This document shows, piece after piece, positions 55,858 through 64,000 of a DNA stretch of 64,000 nt. A program made the translations under genes and the position numbers. The stretch comes from Bacilli bacterium (lineage in GTDB: Bacteria; Bacillota_I; Bacilli_A; RFN20; CAG-826). A model generated the notes under the pieces. That model worked only from the letters and a program-made list of their open reading frames with translations. It had not been told where the DNA came from and ran no database searches. The stretch spans positions 4,942-68,941 of the forward strand of contig JAKSVK010000005.1 of NCBI GenBank assembly GCA_024408075.1, in the 5' to 3' direction. Positions within the stretch are counted from its first letter, which is position 1. Each line of letters opens with the position of its first letter.

Positions 55858-55893
55858 AACAATTAAATTATATAACTATTACTTATTTTTGCA

Positions 55894-55920
55894 TTAAAAA
55901 AGACCAATTTCTTGGTCTCT
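55894..55920 (-). terminator. Rho-independent terminator of rplS
   Basis: Minus-strand RNA reads AGACCAA-GAAA-UUGGUCU followed by UUUUUUAAUG. Confidence 0.7.
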
Positions 55921-55936
55921 TTTATGCTAATTTGAA

Positions 55937-56284
55937 TTAAAGAACTTCTTTAATACGTGCAGCTTTACCTGAACGTTTGCGGAGGTAAGAGATTTTATTT
56001 CTTCTTACTCTACCCTTGCGGACAACTTCAATACTCGCAATACTTGGAGAATGAAGTGGGAAGGTTCTTTCCACACCGATGCCGCTTGACATCTTACGAA
56101 CGGTAAACGTAGCATTAACACCGCCACCTCTTCTTTGCATAACAATTCCTTGGAATGCTTGAATTCTGGATTTGTTACCTTCGATAATACGAACAGAAAC
56201 CTTGACTTCGTCACCAGATTTAAATTCTGGAATATCTGTTCTGAGTTGGGATGCAGTGATTTCTTCGACTAAACGATTATTCAT
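55937..56284 (-). CDS. rplS: 50S ribosomal protein L19
   Basis: [16 protein letters not shown] and RIQAFQGIV. Start trimmed to MNNRLVEE (ATG 56284), 8 nt after AAGGAGG. Confidence 0.95.
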   Translation of the reverse strand: MNNRLVEEITASQLRTDIPEFKSGDEVKVSVRIIEGNKSRIQAFQGIVMQRRGGGVNATFTVRKMSSGIGVERTFPLHSPSIASIEVVRKGRVRRNKISYLRKRSGKAARIKEVL

Positions 56285-56370
56285 CTTGTACGCCTCCTTA
56301 GAAAAACTATCTCTAGGCATTCATTCTCATTTTGACAGCGGAATACCCGTAGCACATTAAGTGCTTGAAT
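56285..56370 (-). promoter_or_regulatory. rplS 5' leader with hairpin (candidate L19 autoregulatory leader)
   Basis: About 85 nt UTR containing AGCAC-UUAAU-GUGCU. L19 leaders are known upstream of rplS in Bacillota, but homology was not tested. Confidence 0.3.
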
Positions 56371-56398
56371 ATAATATCACGTTAGGTAAAAATGTAAA
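56371..56398 (-). promoter_or_regulatory. rplS promoter TTTACA-N16-TATTAT with TG extension
   Basis: The minus strand reads TTTACAtttttacctaacgTGaTATTAT. Confidence 0.45.
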
Positions 56399-56471
56399 AT
56401 ACTTTTTGTAAAACAAACAAAACAAATTATTCATAGCAGTAAAGCAGATTTTAACCGTAAAGTAAAAATAC

Positions 56472-56500
56472 TTGACACCATATAATCTATATAATAATAT
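56472..56500 (+). promoter_or_regulatory. rpsP operon promoter TTGACA-N17-TAATAT
   Basis: On the plus strand the -35 is at 56472-56477 and the -10 at 56495-56500. AGGAGG precedes ATG 56527. Confidence 0.55.
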
Positions 56501-56526
56501 ATACGAGCAAATTAGGAGGAACTAAT

Positions 56527-56799
56527 ATGGCAGTAAAAATTAGATTAACAAGAATTGGACGTCATAAGGATCCATTCTTCCGTATCGTAGCAGCTGACTC
56601 ACGTTATTCAAGAGATGGCAGATACATTGAACAAATTGGATATTTTGATCCATCCAAAGGTGTTGAAAGTGCTGTTATTGATGAAGAATTAGCAATGAAA
56701 TGGTTAAAATTAGGTGCTACTCCATCTGATACAGTTAAAGCAATGTTCAACCGTAAAGGTTTAAACGCTAAACTTGTTGAAGCAAAGAAAGGTAAGTAA
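56527..56799 (+). CDS. rpsP: 30S ribosomal protein S16
   Basis: MAVKIRLTRIGRHKDPFFRIVAADSR. Confidence 0.96.
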   Translation: MAVKIRLTRIGRHKDPFFRIVAADSRYSRDGRYIEQIGYFDPSKGVESAVIDEELAMKWLKLGATPSDTVKAMFNRKGLNAKLVEAKKGK

Positions 56800-56804
56800 T
56801 TACT

Positions 56805-57068
56805 ATGGATTACGAAAAGATAGTTCATTCAATTATTGATGATATCGTTTCCGAACCAGAATCAGTTTTAATAAGAGTTAGTGAAGAAGGAACAAAAGAT
56901 GTTCTTGTCATCATTGCCGCAGAAACAGATGACACAGCTAGATTAATCGGACACAAAGGCATTATTGCAAATGCAATCCGTGAAGTCATCAGTGTCGCTG
57001 GTAAAAGTGAAAATAAAAGAATTCACGTCAAATTCGAATCATTCGATGAAGAGAAAACAGAGGATTAA
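56805..57068 (+). CDS. KH-domain RNA-binding protein (YlqC family)
   Basis: LIGHKGIIANAIREV (GxxG KH motif). It holds the conserved position between rpsP and rimM. Confidence 0.85.
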   Translation: MDYEKIVHSIIDDIVSEPESVLIRVSEEGTKDVLVIIAAETDDTARLIGHKGIIANAIREVISVAGKSENKRIHVKFESFDEEKTED

Positions 57069-57092
57069 TTCCTCTTTTTTTGAAATTGCATT

Positions 57093-57602
57093 ATGGAATA
57101 TTTAAGTTTAGGAAAAATTTTAGACTCATTTGGTTTAGATGGAACTTTGAAAATTTATTCCACTACAACTAACGGAAAAATGCGTTATAAAACAGGCGCA
57201 ACAGTTTTTCTATTTAATCCTAAAAACAATGAAAGAACTGAATGCAAAGTTTTAAACTACAGGCATAATGGATTATTTGATTTTGTTAAGCTTGATAAAA
57301 TTCAAAATAAAGATGATGCAATTTCAAAAAAAGGATGCGAAATTCATGTTGAAAAAAATCAAAATGATTTGCAAAAAGGACAATACTATTTTTGTGATCT
57401 TGTTGGATGCAAAATTTTAGATAATTTAGGAAAAAACCTAGGAATTGTTAGTGAAATTGAAGAATTCCCTGCACAACTCACCCTCAGAGTTAAAAGGGAT
57501 AAACAGGAAGATTTCTTTGTACCATTTGTTAAGGAATTTATCAAGGAAGTCGATATCACAAAGAAAGTCATAGTGATTAATGTTATAGAGGGCTTATTAT
57601 GA
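57093..57602 (+). CDS. rimM: 16S rRNA processing protein RimM
   Basis: LGKILDSFGLDGTLKI N-terminus, a PRC-barrel C-terminus, and the conserved operon position. Confidence 0.9.
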   Translation: MEYLSLGKILDSFGLDGTLKIYSTTTNGKMRYKTGATVFLFNPKNNERTECKVLNYRHNGLFDFVKLDKIQNKDDAISKKGCEIHVEKNQNDLQKGQYYFCDLVGCKILDNLGKNLGIVSEIEEFPAQLTLRVKRDKQEDFFVPFVKEFIKEVDITKKVIVINVIEGLL

Positions 57603-58363
57603 AAATTAAGATTTTAACCTTATTTCCTGAAATGTTTGATGGATTTTTAACTAATTCTATTATCAAAAGAGCAATTGCTAAAAAGATAGTTAAAATCCAA
57701 ATAATTAATATTAGGGATTATACAAAAGATAAATATGGAAGAGTTGATTCTGCACCTGTTGGTGGCGGAGCTGGTTTAATAATGAAATGCCAGCCAATTA
57801 TTGATGTATTGAAGAAGAATTCTACTAAAAATTCTACAAAAATTATGCTTTCACCTAGAGGAACACAATTTAGTCAATCAATGGCTCATGTTTTATCAAA
57901 AGAAAAAGAAATAATTTTATTATGTGGACACTATGAAGGTATTGATGAGCGTGTAAATAAATATATTGATAAGCAAATTTCAATTGGTGACTATATTTTA
58001 ACTGGTGGCGAATTAGGATCTATGGTTATTAGTGATGCAATTATTAGATTACTTGATGGAGCAATTGCTAATGAATCAACCGAACAAGAATCTTATGAAA
58101 ATGGATTACTAGAATATCCTCAATATACTGAACCATATGATTTTAATGGAGATAAAATACCAGATATTTTATATTCAGGAAATCATCAAGCCATTGCTAA
58201 ATGGAGACAAAAACAATCCTTACAAATCACAAAGCAAAACCGTCCAGATTTGTTTAATAAATATGAACTTACTAAACAAGATAAAAAACTTTTAGATGAA
58301 GGTAATAAAAAAGCAAGCTGGGAGCTTGCCGCTATAGAAAAAGGAAAAAAATTTATAAAATAA
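57599..58363 (+). CDS. trmD: tRNA (guanine37-N1)-methyltransferase
   Basis: ILTLFPEMF, VGGGAGLIMK, CGHYEGIDERV and YILTGGELGSMV. Confidence 0.96.
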   Translation: MKIKILTLFPEMFDGFLTNSIIKRAIAKKIVKIQIINIRDYTKDKYGRVDSAPVGGGAGLIMKCQPIIDVLKKNSTKNSTKIMLSPRGTQFSQSMAHVLSKEKEIILLCGHYEGIDERVNKYIDKQISIGDYILTGGELGSMVISDAIIRLLDGAIANESTEQESYENGLLEYPQYTEPYDFNGDKIPDILYSGNHQAIAKWRQKQSLQITKQNRPDLFNKYELTKQDKKLLDEGNKKASWELAAIEKGKKFIK

Positions 58364-58365
58364 AT

Positions 58366-59724
58366 TTAAAATCCCATTCCTCCACCAAAACCGCCAAGAC
58401 CTCCTGGTGGCATTCTTCCTGTTTTTCGATAATTTTCAACTTGTTTCATTGCTTGTTTCATTTGATCAAATCTTTTTAAAACAGCATTAACATCGCTAAC
58501 TTGTTTACCAGATCCTTTTGCGATTCTAATTTTTCTCGTATATTGCAATATTTCAGGATGTTTTCTTTCTTCAGGAGTCATTGAATTAATAACAATTTCA
58601 AATCTTTTCATTTGATCTTCAGCCATTTTTGTTTGCTCTGGAGTAATTTTAGGCATTCCTGGAATAAGTTTCATTAATCCACCTAATGATCCAAGTTTTT
58701 GAACTTGTTTCATTTGTCCTAACATATCGTTAAGATCAAATTTGCCGCTCATCATTTTATTGGCTGCTTTTTTAGCCGATTCTTCGTCGATTTGTTCTTG
58801 TGCTTTTTCAACAAGAGTCATGACATCTCCCATGCCCAAAATACGATCAGCCATACGATCCGGATGGAAGACATCTAAATCAGATACTTTTTCGCCAACA
58901 CCAGCAAATTTAATTGGAACGCCAGTCATATGGCGAATACTTAAAGCAGCACCGCCTCTAGCATCACCATCTAACTTAGACATAATAATTCCAGTTAAAG
59001 GTGTTTTTTCATTAAAGGCTTGAGCCACATTTACAGCATCTTGTCCACTCATTGCATCAACTAATAAAATAGTTTCATCAGGTTGAACATCATTTTTAAT
59101 GTTATTAATTTCAGTCATTAAATCTTCATCAATAGTAATACGACCAGCGGTATCGATAATCAATACATCATAATGCTCGTTATAAGCAATAATTTTAGCT
59201 TCTTTTGCTATTTCTACAGGAGAAATATTTGTTCCTTTATTAATAACTTGAACACCAACAGTTTTTCCAATAGCACAAAGTTGCTCAATAGCAGCAGGAC
59301 GATAGACGTCACAAGCAGCTAAAAGCACTTTCTTATTGAGCTTATTTTTCATTAAATATGCTAATTTACCAGCACTAGTTGTTTTACCACTACCTTGAAG
59401 ACCAACTAACATAATAATGGTAGGTTTATTTGAATTATATTTAACTTCAGTTTCACCACCACCAAGAAGTGTTTCAAGTTCATCATGAACAATCTTGGTA
59501 ATCATTTGACTTGGATTTAATTTATTTAAAACATCTTGACCAATTGCTTTTTCTTTTACGTTATTAATAAACTCTTTAACAACTTTAAAATTAACATCAG
59601 CTTCCAACAAAGCAATGCGAATTTCTTTAAGCATGTCTTCCATGTTTGACTCGCTTAAACGAGCTTGTCCACGGAGCTTTTTAAAGACGTTAGATAACTT
59701 ATCAGTCAAGCTTTCAAATGCCAT
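58366..59724 (-). CDS. ffh: Signal recognition particle protein Ffh
   Basis: GLQGSGKTTSAGKLA, DTAGR and a Met-rich M domain. Confidence 0.96.
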   Translation of the reverse strand: MAFESLTDKLSNVFKKLRGQARLSESNMEDMLKEIRIALLEADVNFKVVKEFINNVKEKAIGQDVLNKLNPSQMITKIVHDELETLLGGGETEVKYNSNKPTIIMLVGLQGSGKTTSAGKLAYLMKNKLNKKVLLAACDVYRPAAIEQLCAIGKTVGVQVINKGTNISPVEIAKEAKIIAYNEHYDVLIIDTAGRITIDEDLMTEINNIKNDVQPDETILLVDAMSGQDAVNVAQAFNEKTPLTGIIMSKLDGDARGGAALSIRHMTGVPIKFAGVGEKVSDLDVFHPDRMADRILGMGDVMTLVEKAQEQIDEESAKKAANKMMSGKFDLNDMLGQMKQVQKLGSLGGLMKLIPGMPKITPEQTKMAEDQMKRFEIVINSMTPEERKHPEILQYTRKIRIAKGSGKQVSDVNAVLKRFDQMKQAMKQVENYRKTGRMPPGGLGGFGGGMGF

Positions 59725-60049
59725 AATCTAAATCCTTTTCAATTTCTTCAATTTCATTAATTTCCCTGCAATTCAAGGCTTTTTCTTTTAAATTTGATAA
59801 TTTTTGATGAATTTTAGTATTTCTTTCGAGTAGATGAAAATGAGATTCTAATTCATCTAATTTATTCATTCCTTTAGTAAGCGCATCCTCAACAGCACTC
59901 TTACTAATTTGTCTATTTTCTGCTATTTCACTTAATGACAAATCAAACAAAAAATAATCGTTTACAATTTCTTGTTGAGTAGAAGAAAGTTCTGACTTAT
60001 ATAGTGAATAAAGTTTGGAATATTTAAGAGTCTTTTCTAATTTTTCCAT
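59714..60049 (-). CDS. ylxM: YlxM/UPF0122 HTH protein (SRP-associated)
   Basis: LSSTQQEIVNDYFLFDLSLSEIAE. It holds the conserved position between ftsY and ffh. Confidence 0.85.
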   Translation of the reverse strand: MEKLEKTLKYSKLYSLYKSELSSTQQEIVNDYFLFDLSLSEIAENRQISKSAVEDALTKGMNKLDELESHFHLLERNTKIHQKLSNLKEKALNCREINEIEEIEKDLDYGI

Positions 60050-60050
60050 C

Positions 60051-61019
60051 TTATTCTCCTATGCAAAGTCCATACAAATATTTATCTAAATCAAATGGTT
60101 TTAAATCTTCCATTTTTTCACCTAAGCCAATAAATCTAACAGGAGTGCCAAGTTCATCTCTAATAGCTAAAATGATTCCACCTTTTGAAGTACCATCCAT
60201 TTTAGTGATAACAACACCTGTTAAAGGAGTAATTTCTGAGAATGCTTTTGCTTGAACTACTCCATTTTGTCCAGTAGTCGCATCAATAATTAAGAATGTT
60301 TCTTGAGGACCATTAGCAATCTCTTTTGAGATGACTCTTTTTATTTTGCTTAATTCATCCATTAAATTTTGTTTGTTTTGTAATCTACCAGCAGTATCAA
60401 CAATTAATAAATCAATGTTGTTATTTTTAGCATATTTAACACCGTCGTAGACAACAGAAGCAGGATCAGCGTTTTCGTTTCCTTTAATTACAGGAATATT
60501 AAGCCTATCTCCCCAAATACATAATTGTTCAATTGCTCCAGCTCTAAAAGTATCTCCAGCAACCAAAGCAACACTTTTTCCTTGTTTTAAATATCTATTA
60601 GCAATCTTAGCAATGGTTGTTGTTTTTCCAACACCATTAACTCCAACTACAAGCAAAACAGTAGTTTGATTATCAAATGAAATATCAGTAATTGAAGAGC
60701 CTTTCTTTGAATAATCTTCAAAAAGCAAATCAATCAATAAACTATTTATTTCTTCTGCATCGTTAATTTTCTTTTCTCTAGATTCTATTAGAAGTTCATC
60801 AATAACTTTTAAAGTTAAATTTACACCAACATCACTTTCAATAAGAATTTCTTCTAATTGTTCAAAGTATTCTTGGTTAACTTTTTTATATTTCTTACTA
60901 AGGTTTGTAAGTTTGTTAGAAAAAAACTCACGGGATTTTTCCATTCCCTGTGAATAAGCTTCAACTTCTTTTTCTTCTTTTTTAGCAAATTTATTCTTTA
61001 AGAAAGAAATAAGTCCCAT
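60051..61019 (-). CDS. ftsY: SRP receptor FtsY (short form)
   Basis: GVNGVGKTTTIAKIA, DTAGR and TKMDGTSKGG. Confidence 0.95.
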   Translation of the reverse strand: MGLISFLKNKFAKKEEKEVEAYSQGMEKSREFFSNKLTNLSKKYKKVNQEYFEQLEEILIESDVGVNLTLKVIDELLIESREKKINDAEEINSLLIDLLFEDYSKKGSSITDISFDNQTTVLLVVGVNGVGKTTTIAKIANRYLKQGKSVALVAGDTFRAGAIEQLCIWGDRLNIPVIKGNENADPASVVYDGVKYAKNNNIDLLIVDTAGRLQNKQNLMDELSKIKRVISKEIANGPQETFLIIDATTGQNGVVQAKAFSEITPLTGVVITKMDGTSKGGIILAIRDELGTPVRFIGLGEKMEDLKPFDLDKYLYGLCIGE

Positions 61020-61702
61020 TAGATACTCCTCTTGTTAAGTGCATCGCGTGCAGCTTCTTCTTCAGCTTGCTTTTTAGACTTCCCAGAACCAGATCCTAAA
61101 ACAATACCGTTATATTTTACTTGTACAAAAAATGTACGATCATGTGCCGGGCCTTCTTCATCAATTAAAACATATTGGACTGCATCTCGATATTCAGCTT
61201 GAATCTCTTCTTGTAATTTAGTCTTAGGATCAACTAAATCGTCTAAGTTATAATCAATGATTTTTGATTCAAATTGAGCCCTAATATACTCAAACGCAAC
61301 ATCAATTCCACAAGTTAAATAAATTGCACCAGTCAATGCTTCAAATACATCTTCAAGAATCTTATCAGAATTAAGTATTTGTTTTTCATTAATTGATGGG
61401 CCAGTTTTTATATATTCATGTAAAGAAATATCTCTAGCAAAAGAGGCTAAACCTTTAGAGCAAACTAAAGTTGATCTTAATTTAGTCATAACACCTTGGC
61501 TCATCGATGGATGATGTTTAAAAATTAAATCAGCAACAACAAATCCAATAACACTATCACCTACAAATTCAAGTCTCTCATAATCGTGATGTTTTGTATT
61601 ATTTTGTGAGTTACAAGATGGATGAGTAATAGCCAAATCAAAATGCTCTAATGAATCAGGTTTAATATTAAATTTTGCCAGCAATTCTACGATATTTTTC
61701 AT
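61019..61702 (-). CDS. rnc: Ribonuclease III
   Basis: ERLEFVGDSV signature and a C-terminal dsRBD ending GSGKSKKQAEEEAARDAL. Confidence 0.95.
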   Translation of the reverse strand: MKNIVELLAKFNIKPDSLEHFDLAITHPSCNSQNNTKHHDYERLEFVGDSVIGFVVADLIFKHHPSMSQGVMTKLRSTLVCSKGLASFARDISLHEYIKTGPSINEKQILNSDKILEDVFEALTGAIYLTCGIDVAFEYIRAQFESKIIDYNLDDLVDPKTKLQEEIQAEYRDAVQYVLIDEEGPAHDRTFFVQVKYNGIVLGSGSGKSKKQAEEEAARDALNKRSI

Positions 61703-62667
61703 TATTTTAATCCTTTTTCAATTTTTTCTACGACTTTTGAATCAACTAAATTTTTAGCAACATTCATCGCACATTCGAAAGAATATGCATCACTATTTCC
61801 ATGTGCTTTAACAACTACTCCATTAATACCTAAAAGCATTGCTCCACCAGTGGATTTGTAATCCATAGTTTCACTCATATCTTTTACGCCTTTACGAACA
61901 TGAAGATATCCAAGTTTTGTCCAAAGATTCTTTTTAAAGATATTTTTAATCATTCCAGACATCATCTTTGCAGTGCCTTCAATGCTCTTAAGTAAAACAT
62001 TACCTGTAAAGCCATCTGTGACAATTACATCAGCTTCACCAGAAAGAACGTTTCTAGCTTCTATATTACCTTTAAAGTTTGAATTATTTTTAAGTAAATT
62101 AAATGCTTGTTTACCAGTTGGAGATCCTTTTCCTTCCTCAGTACCATTTGAAAGTAAATAAATTTTAGGATCATTAATACCAAATACGGCTTTAACATAT
62201 TCACTTCCCATAATTGCAAATTGATTTAATTCTTCAGGAGAATTTTCGTTTGAAGCTCCAATGTCTAGTATAACAACTTTTTTTCCTTTTATTTTAGTTG
62301 GAAAAGGTGCAATTAAAGCAGCACGTTTAACATTTGTTGATGTTTTAAGTGATAAAGTTGCAGCTGATAAAAATCCTCCAGTTGAACCGGCAGAAATAAC
62401 AGCATCAGCTCCTCTATTTTTCATTTCATTAATAGCAACGAACATAGAAGAATTTCTCATTCTCATTACTTCAAGAGGTCCAGCTTCCATTGGAACTATA
62501 TCAGGAGCATGTATGATTTCACATTTATCACTTATTTCTTTTAATTCAGCTTCATTTCCAACGGCAATAACTTCAACATCTGAATTTTTATTAAGAAAAG
62601 CAACAATAGCCTTTTTAATTTCACTACTTCCGAGATCGCTTCCTAAAGTATCAACAACAATTTTCAT
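61702..62667 (-). CDS. plsX: Phosphate acyltransferase PlsX
   Basis: MKIVVDTLGSD, SAGSTGG and VKAHGNS. Confidence 0.93.
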   Translation of the reverse strand: MKIVVDTLGSDLGSSEIKKAIVAFLNKNSDVEVIAVGNEAELKEISDKCEIIHAPDIVPMEAGPLEVMRMRNSSMFVAINEMKNRGADAVISAGSTGGFLSAATLSLKTSTNVKRAALIAPFPTKIKGKKVVILDIGASNENSPEELNQFAIMGSEYVKAVFGINDPKIYLLSNGTEEGKGSPTGKQAFNLLKNNSNFKGNIEARNVLSGEADVIVTDGFTGNVLLKSIEGTAKMMSGMIKNIFKKNLWTKLGYLHVRKGVKDMSETMDYKSTGGAMLLGINGVVVKAHGNSDAYSFECAMNVAKNLVDSKVVEKIEKGLK

Positions 62668-62749
62668 ATTTGATTACCTTTATACGTTCATTATCATAAC
62701 ATGATATAAGCAAAATAACATCACGCAAATGTTTATGCACGCACTTGTA

Positions 62750-62775
62750 TTAAAAAAGCTCTCTACGAGAGCTTA
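62750..62775 (-). terminator. Rho-independent terminator after yloV
   Basis: Minus-strand RNA reads AAGCUCUC-GUA-GAGAGCUU followed by UUUUAAUAC. It begins 4 nt after the stop codon. Confidence 0.7.
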
Positions 62776-62778
62776 TTT

Positions 62779-64000
62779 TTATTCAACACCAACAAGGAAT
62801 GAATAGACCGGTTGATCGCCTTGTTTAATATCAATATTTAAGTCTGGATATAATTCGTTAATGTGTTTTTTAATTGGAAGGATTTCTTCTCTTTTAACAG
62901 AATCACCTAAGATTAATGTTAGTAATGAGGAATCATCATCAACCATTTGGCCAACTAAAGTATATAAGCATTCATTTCTATCGCTTGTTCCACAAATGAT
63001 GTCTTTTTCATAAACACCAATGAAATCATCTTTCTTAATTTTGATTCCTTTAATCTCACAGTCTCTGATTGAATAAGTGATTTCACCAGATTTAACATTT
63101 TTAAGAGAAGATTTCATTGCTTTAAAGTTATTTTCAGGAGTAGTTTCGCTATCAAATGATAATGCAGCAACAATTCCTTGAGGGATTGTCTTGCAAGGAA
63201 TAACGAAAGCATTAATTCCTTCTTCAGCAACTAAATCACAGGCTTGTGAGGCAGCCATAACAATGTTTGAATTATTTGGAAGAATAAAGACATTTTTAGC
63301 ATTAGCAGCTTTAATAGCTTTAACAAAATCTTCACTAGATGGATTCATTGTTTGTCCACCATCAACTATATTGTCAACACCTATTTCATTAAACATATTT
63401 GCAAGTCCATTACCACTGCAAACAGAAATAAGTCCGTATTTCTTTTCTGGTTCTTTTTTAACTAAATCTTGAGTGACTTCAATATTTGCACCATTTTCTA
63501 ATGCATGATGTTGTTCAGTCATATTTTCAATCTTTAATTTAAGGAATTCACCAAACTGTTGAGCATAATTTAAAATCTCACCAGGAGTTAAAGTATGAAC
63601 ATGAACTTTTAAAATATCTTCGTCAACAACTAAAACTAATGATTTACCATGAGCTGATAACCAATCGGTAGTTATTTTTTGATTAAATGGTTTTTTAACT
63701 GTATCAGGTCCTAAAGACATAATGAATTCAGTACAATAACCAAATTCTTCGCCTTCCATTTGAGCTGCTGCAGCTTTTTGTGCATTTTTAGGTGTTTTAT
63801 CTTCAGCTTTATTGACGAATTTGCCAATACTTGCAAGATACATACCTTCAATGATTCTAACTAATCCAGCGCCTCCACTATCTACAACTCCAACTTCTTT
63901 AAGAATAGGCAAAAGTTCAGGAGTTCTTTCAAGAGAAGATTGAGCAGCTTTATAGAGAATTTCAAAAGCTTTATCTATACTAGTTCCACTATCAACTTTT
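62779..64000 (-). CDS. DAK2-domain fusion protein YloV-like (partial; N-terminus lies beyond the right window edge)
   Basis: GVVDSGGAGL and a C-terminal DegV/Dak-phosphatase-like half. The frame stays open upstream of the ORF-track TTG (63912) to position 64000 (...KVDSGTSIDKAFEILYKAAQSSLERTPELLPILKE). Confidence 0.8.
   Translation of the reverse strand, partial: KVDSGTSIDKAFEILYKAAQSSLERTPELLPILKEVGVVDSGGAGLVRIIEGMYLASIGKFVNKAEDKTPKNAQKAAAAQMEGEEFGYCTEFIMSLGPDTVKKPFNQKITTDWLSAHGKSLVLVVDEDILKVHVHTLTPGEILNYAQQFGEFLKLKIENMTEQHHALENGANIEVTQDLVKKEPEKKYGLISVCSGNGLANMFNEIGVDNIVDGGQTMNPSSEDFVKAIKAANAKNVFILPNNSNIVMAASQACDLVAEEGINAFVIPCKTIPQGIVAALSFDSETTPENNFKAMKSSLKNVKSGEITYSIRDCEIKGIKIKKDDFIGVYEKDIICGTSDRNECLYTLVGQMVDDDSSLLTLILGDSVKREEILPIKKHINELYPDLNIDIKQGDQPVYSFLVGVE

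Noticed and set aside
3730-63472. Other ORF-track entries inside or opposite real genes. Examples are 3730-4149, 4941-5138, 11091-11345, 13116-13508, 25475-25744, 27654-27956, 41754-42191, 45396-45692, 51165-51506, 54761-55117, 62261-62704 and 63191-63472. Same-strand nested frames include 14598-14780, 21951-22169, 36518-36760, 38821-39030, 42178-42372 and 56005-56214.
   Set aside because: Each is fully embedded in, or antisense to, a longer ORF with clear family motifs. Their compositions are low-complexity and they have no translation signals. They are treated as frame artefacts.
1-64000. Search for CRISPR arrays, transposases/IS elements, prophage genes, toxin-antitoxin pairs and long direct or inverted repeats
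   Set aside because: No regularly spaced repeats, no transposase- or phage-like ORFs and no long DNA-level duplications were seen by eye. The only paralogy noted is at the protein level (GT4 genes and the tandem ATP-grasp genes).

Overview
AT-rich bacterial chromosome segment that uses the standard genetic code. TGA serves as a stop at 13127, 17242 and 20950, so this is not a TGA=Trp mollicute. Nearly all genes are on the minus strand. Two parts are visible. (A) 37.3-64 kb is a conserved Bacillota-type core block in the same order as Bacillus subtilis: yloV, plsX, rnc, ftsY, ylxM, ffh, [rpsP-KH-rimM-trmD], rplS, lepB, rbgA, rnhB, dprA, topA, xerC/codV, rpsB, tsf, pyrH, frr, uppS, cdsA, dxr, rseP, polC. 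It differs from B. subtilis in three ways: many genes are deleted (no smc, fab/acpP or proS here), the rpsP-trmD cassette is inverted, and rnhB carries an in-frame TAA. (B) 1-37.3 kb looks accessory. It holds a MacB/FtsX-type ABC transporter and a ~23 kb Wzx/Wzy-type polysaccharide locus (3.2-26.1 kb). That locus has a bacillosamine-like sugar module, uronic-acid genes, seven glycosyltransferases and four ATP-grasp ligases. Next come a PAP2 phosphatase, two secreted lipoprotein hydrolases (type-B carboxylesterase; Ntn/choloylglycine-hydrolase family), a translationally coupled three-gene operon of unknown function, and mgtC. Last is an adenylate-forming ligase + DUF1624 acyltransferase pair packed between tRNA genes. 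Eight tRNA genes were read by hand, most with C34 anticodons. No CRISPR array, transposase, phage gene or island integrase was seen. The best candidates for undescribed biology are the multi-ATP-grasp glycan locus, the tRNA-punctuated ligase/acyltransferase cassette directly behind polC, and the coupled membrane/His-rich-protein operon. All domain calls come from motif recognition by eye; no searches were run.
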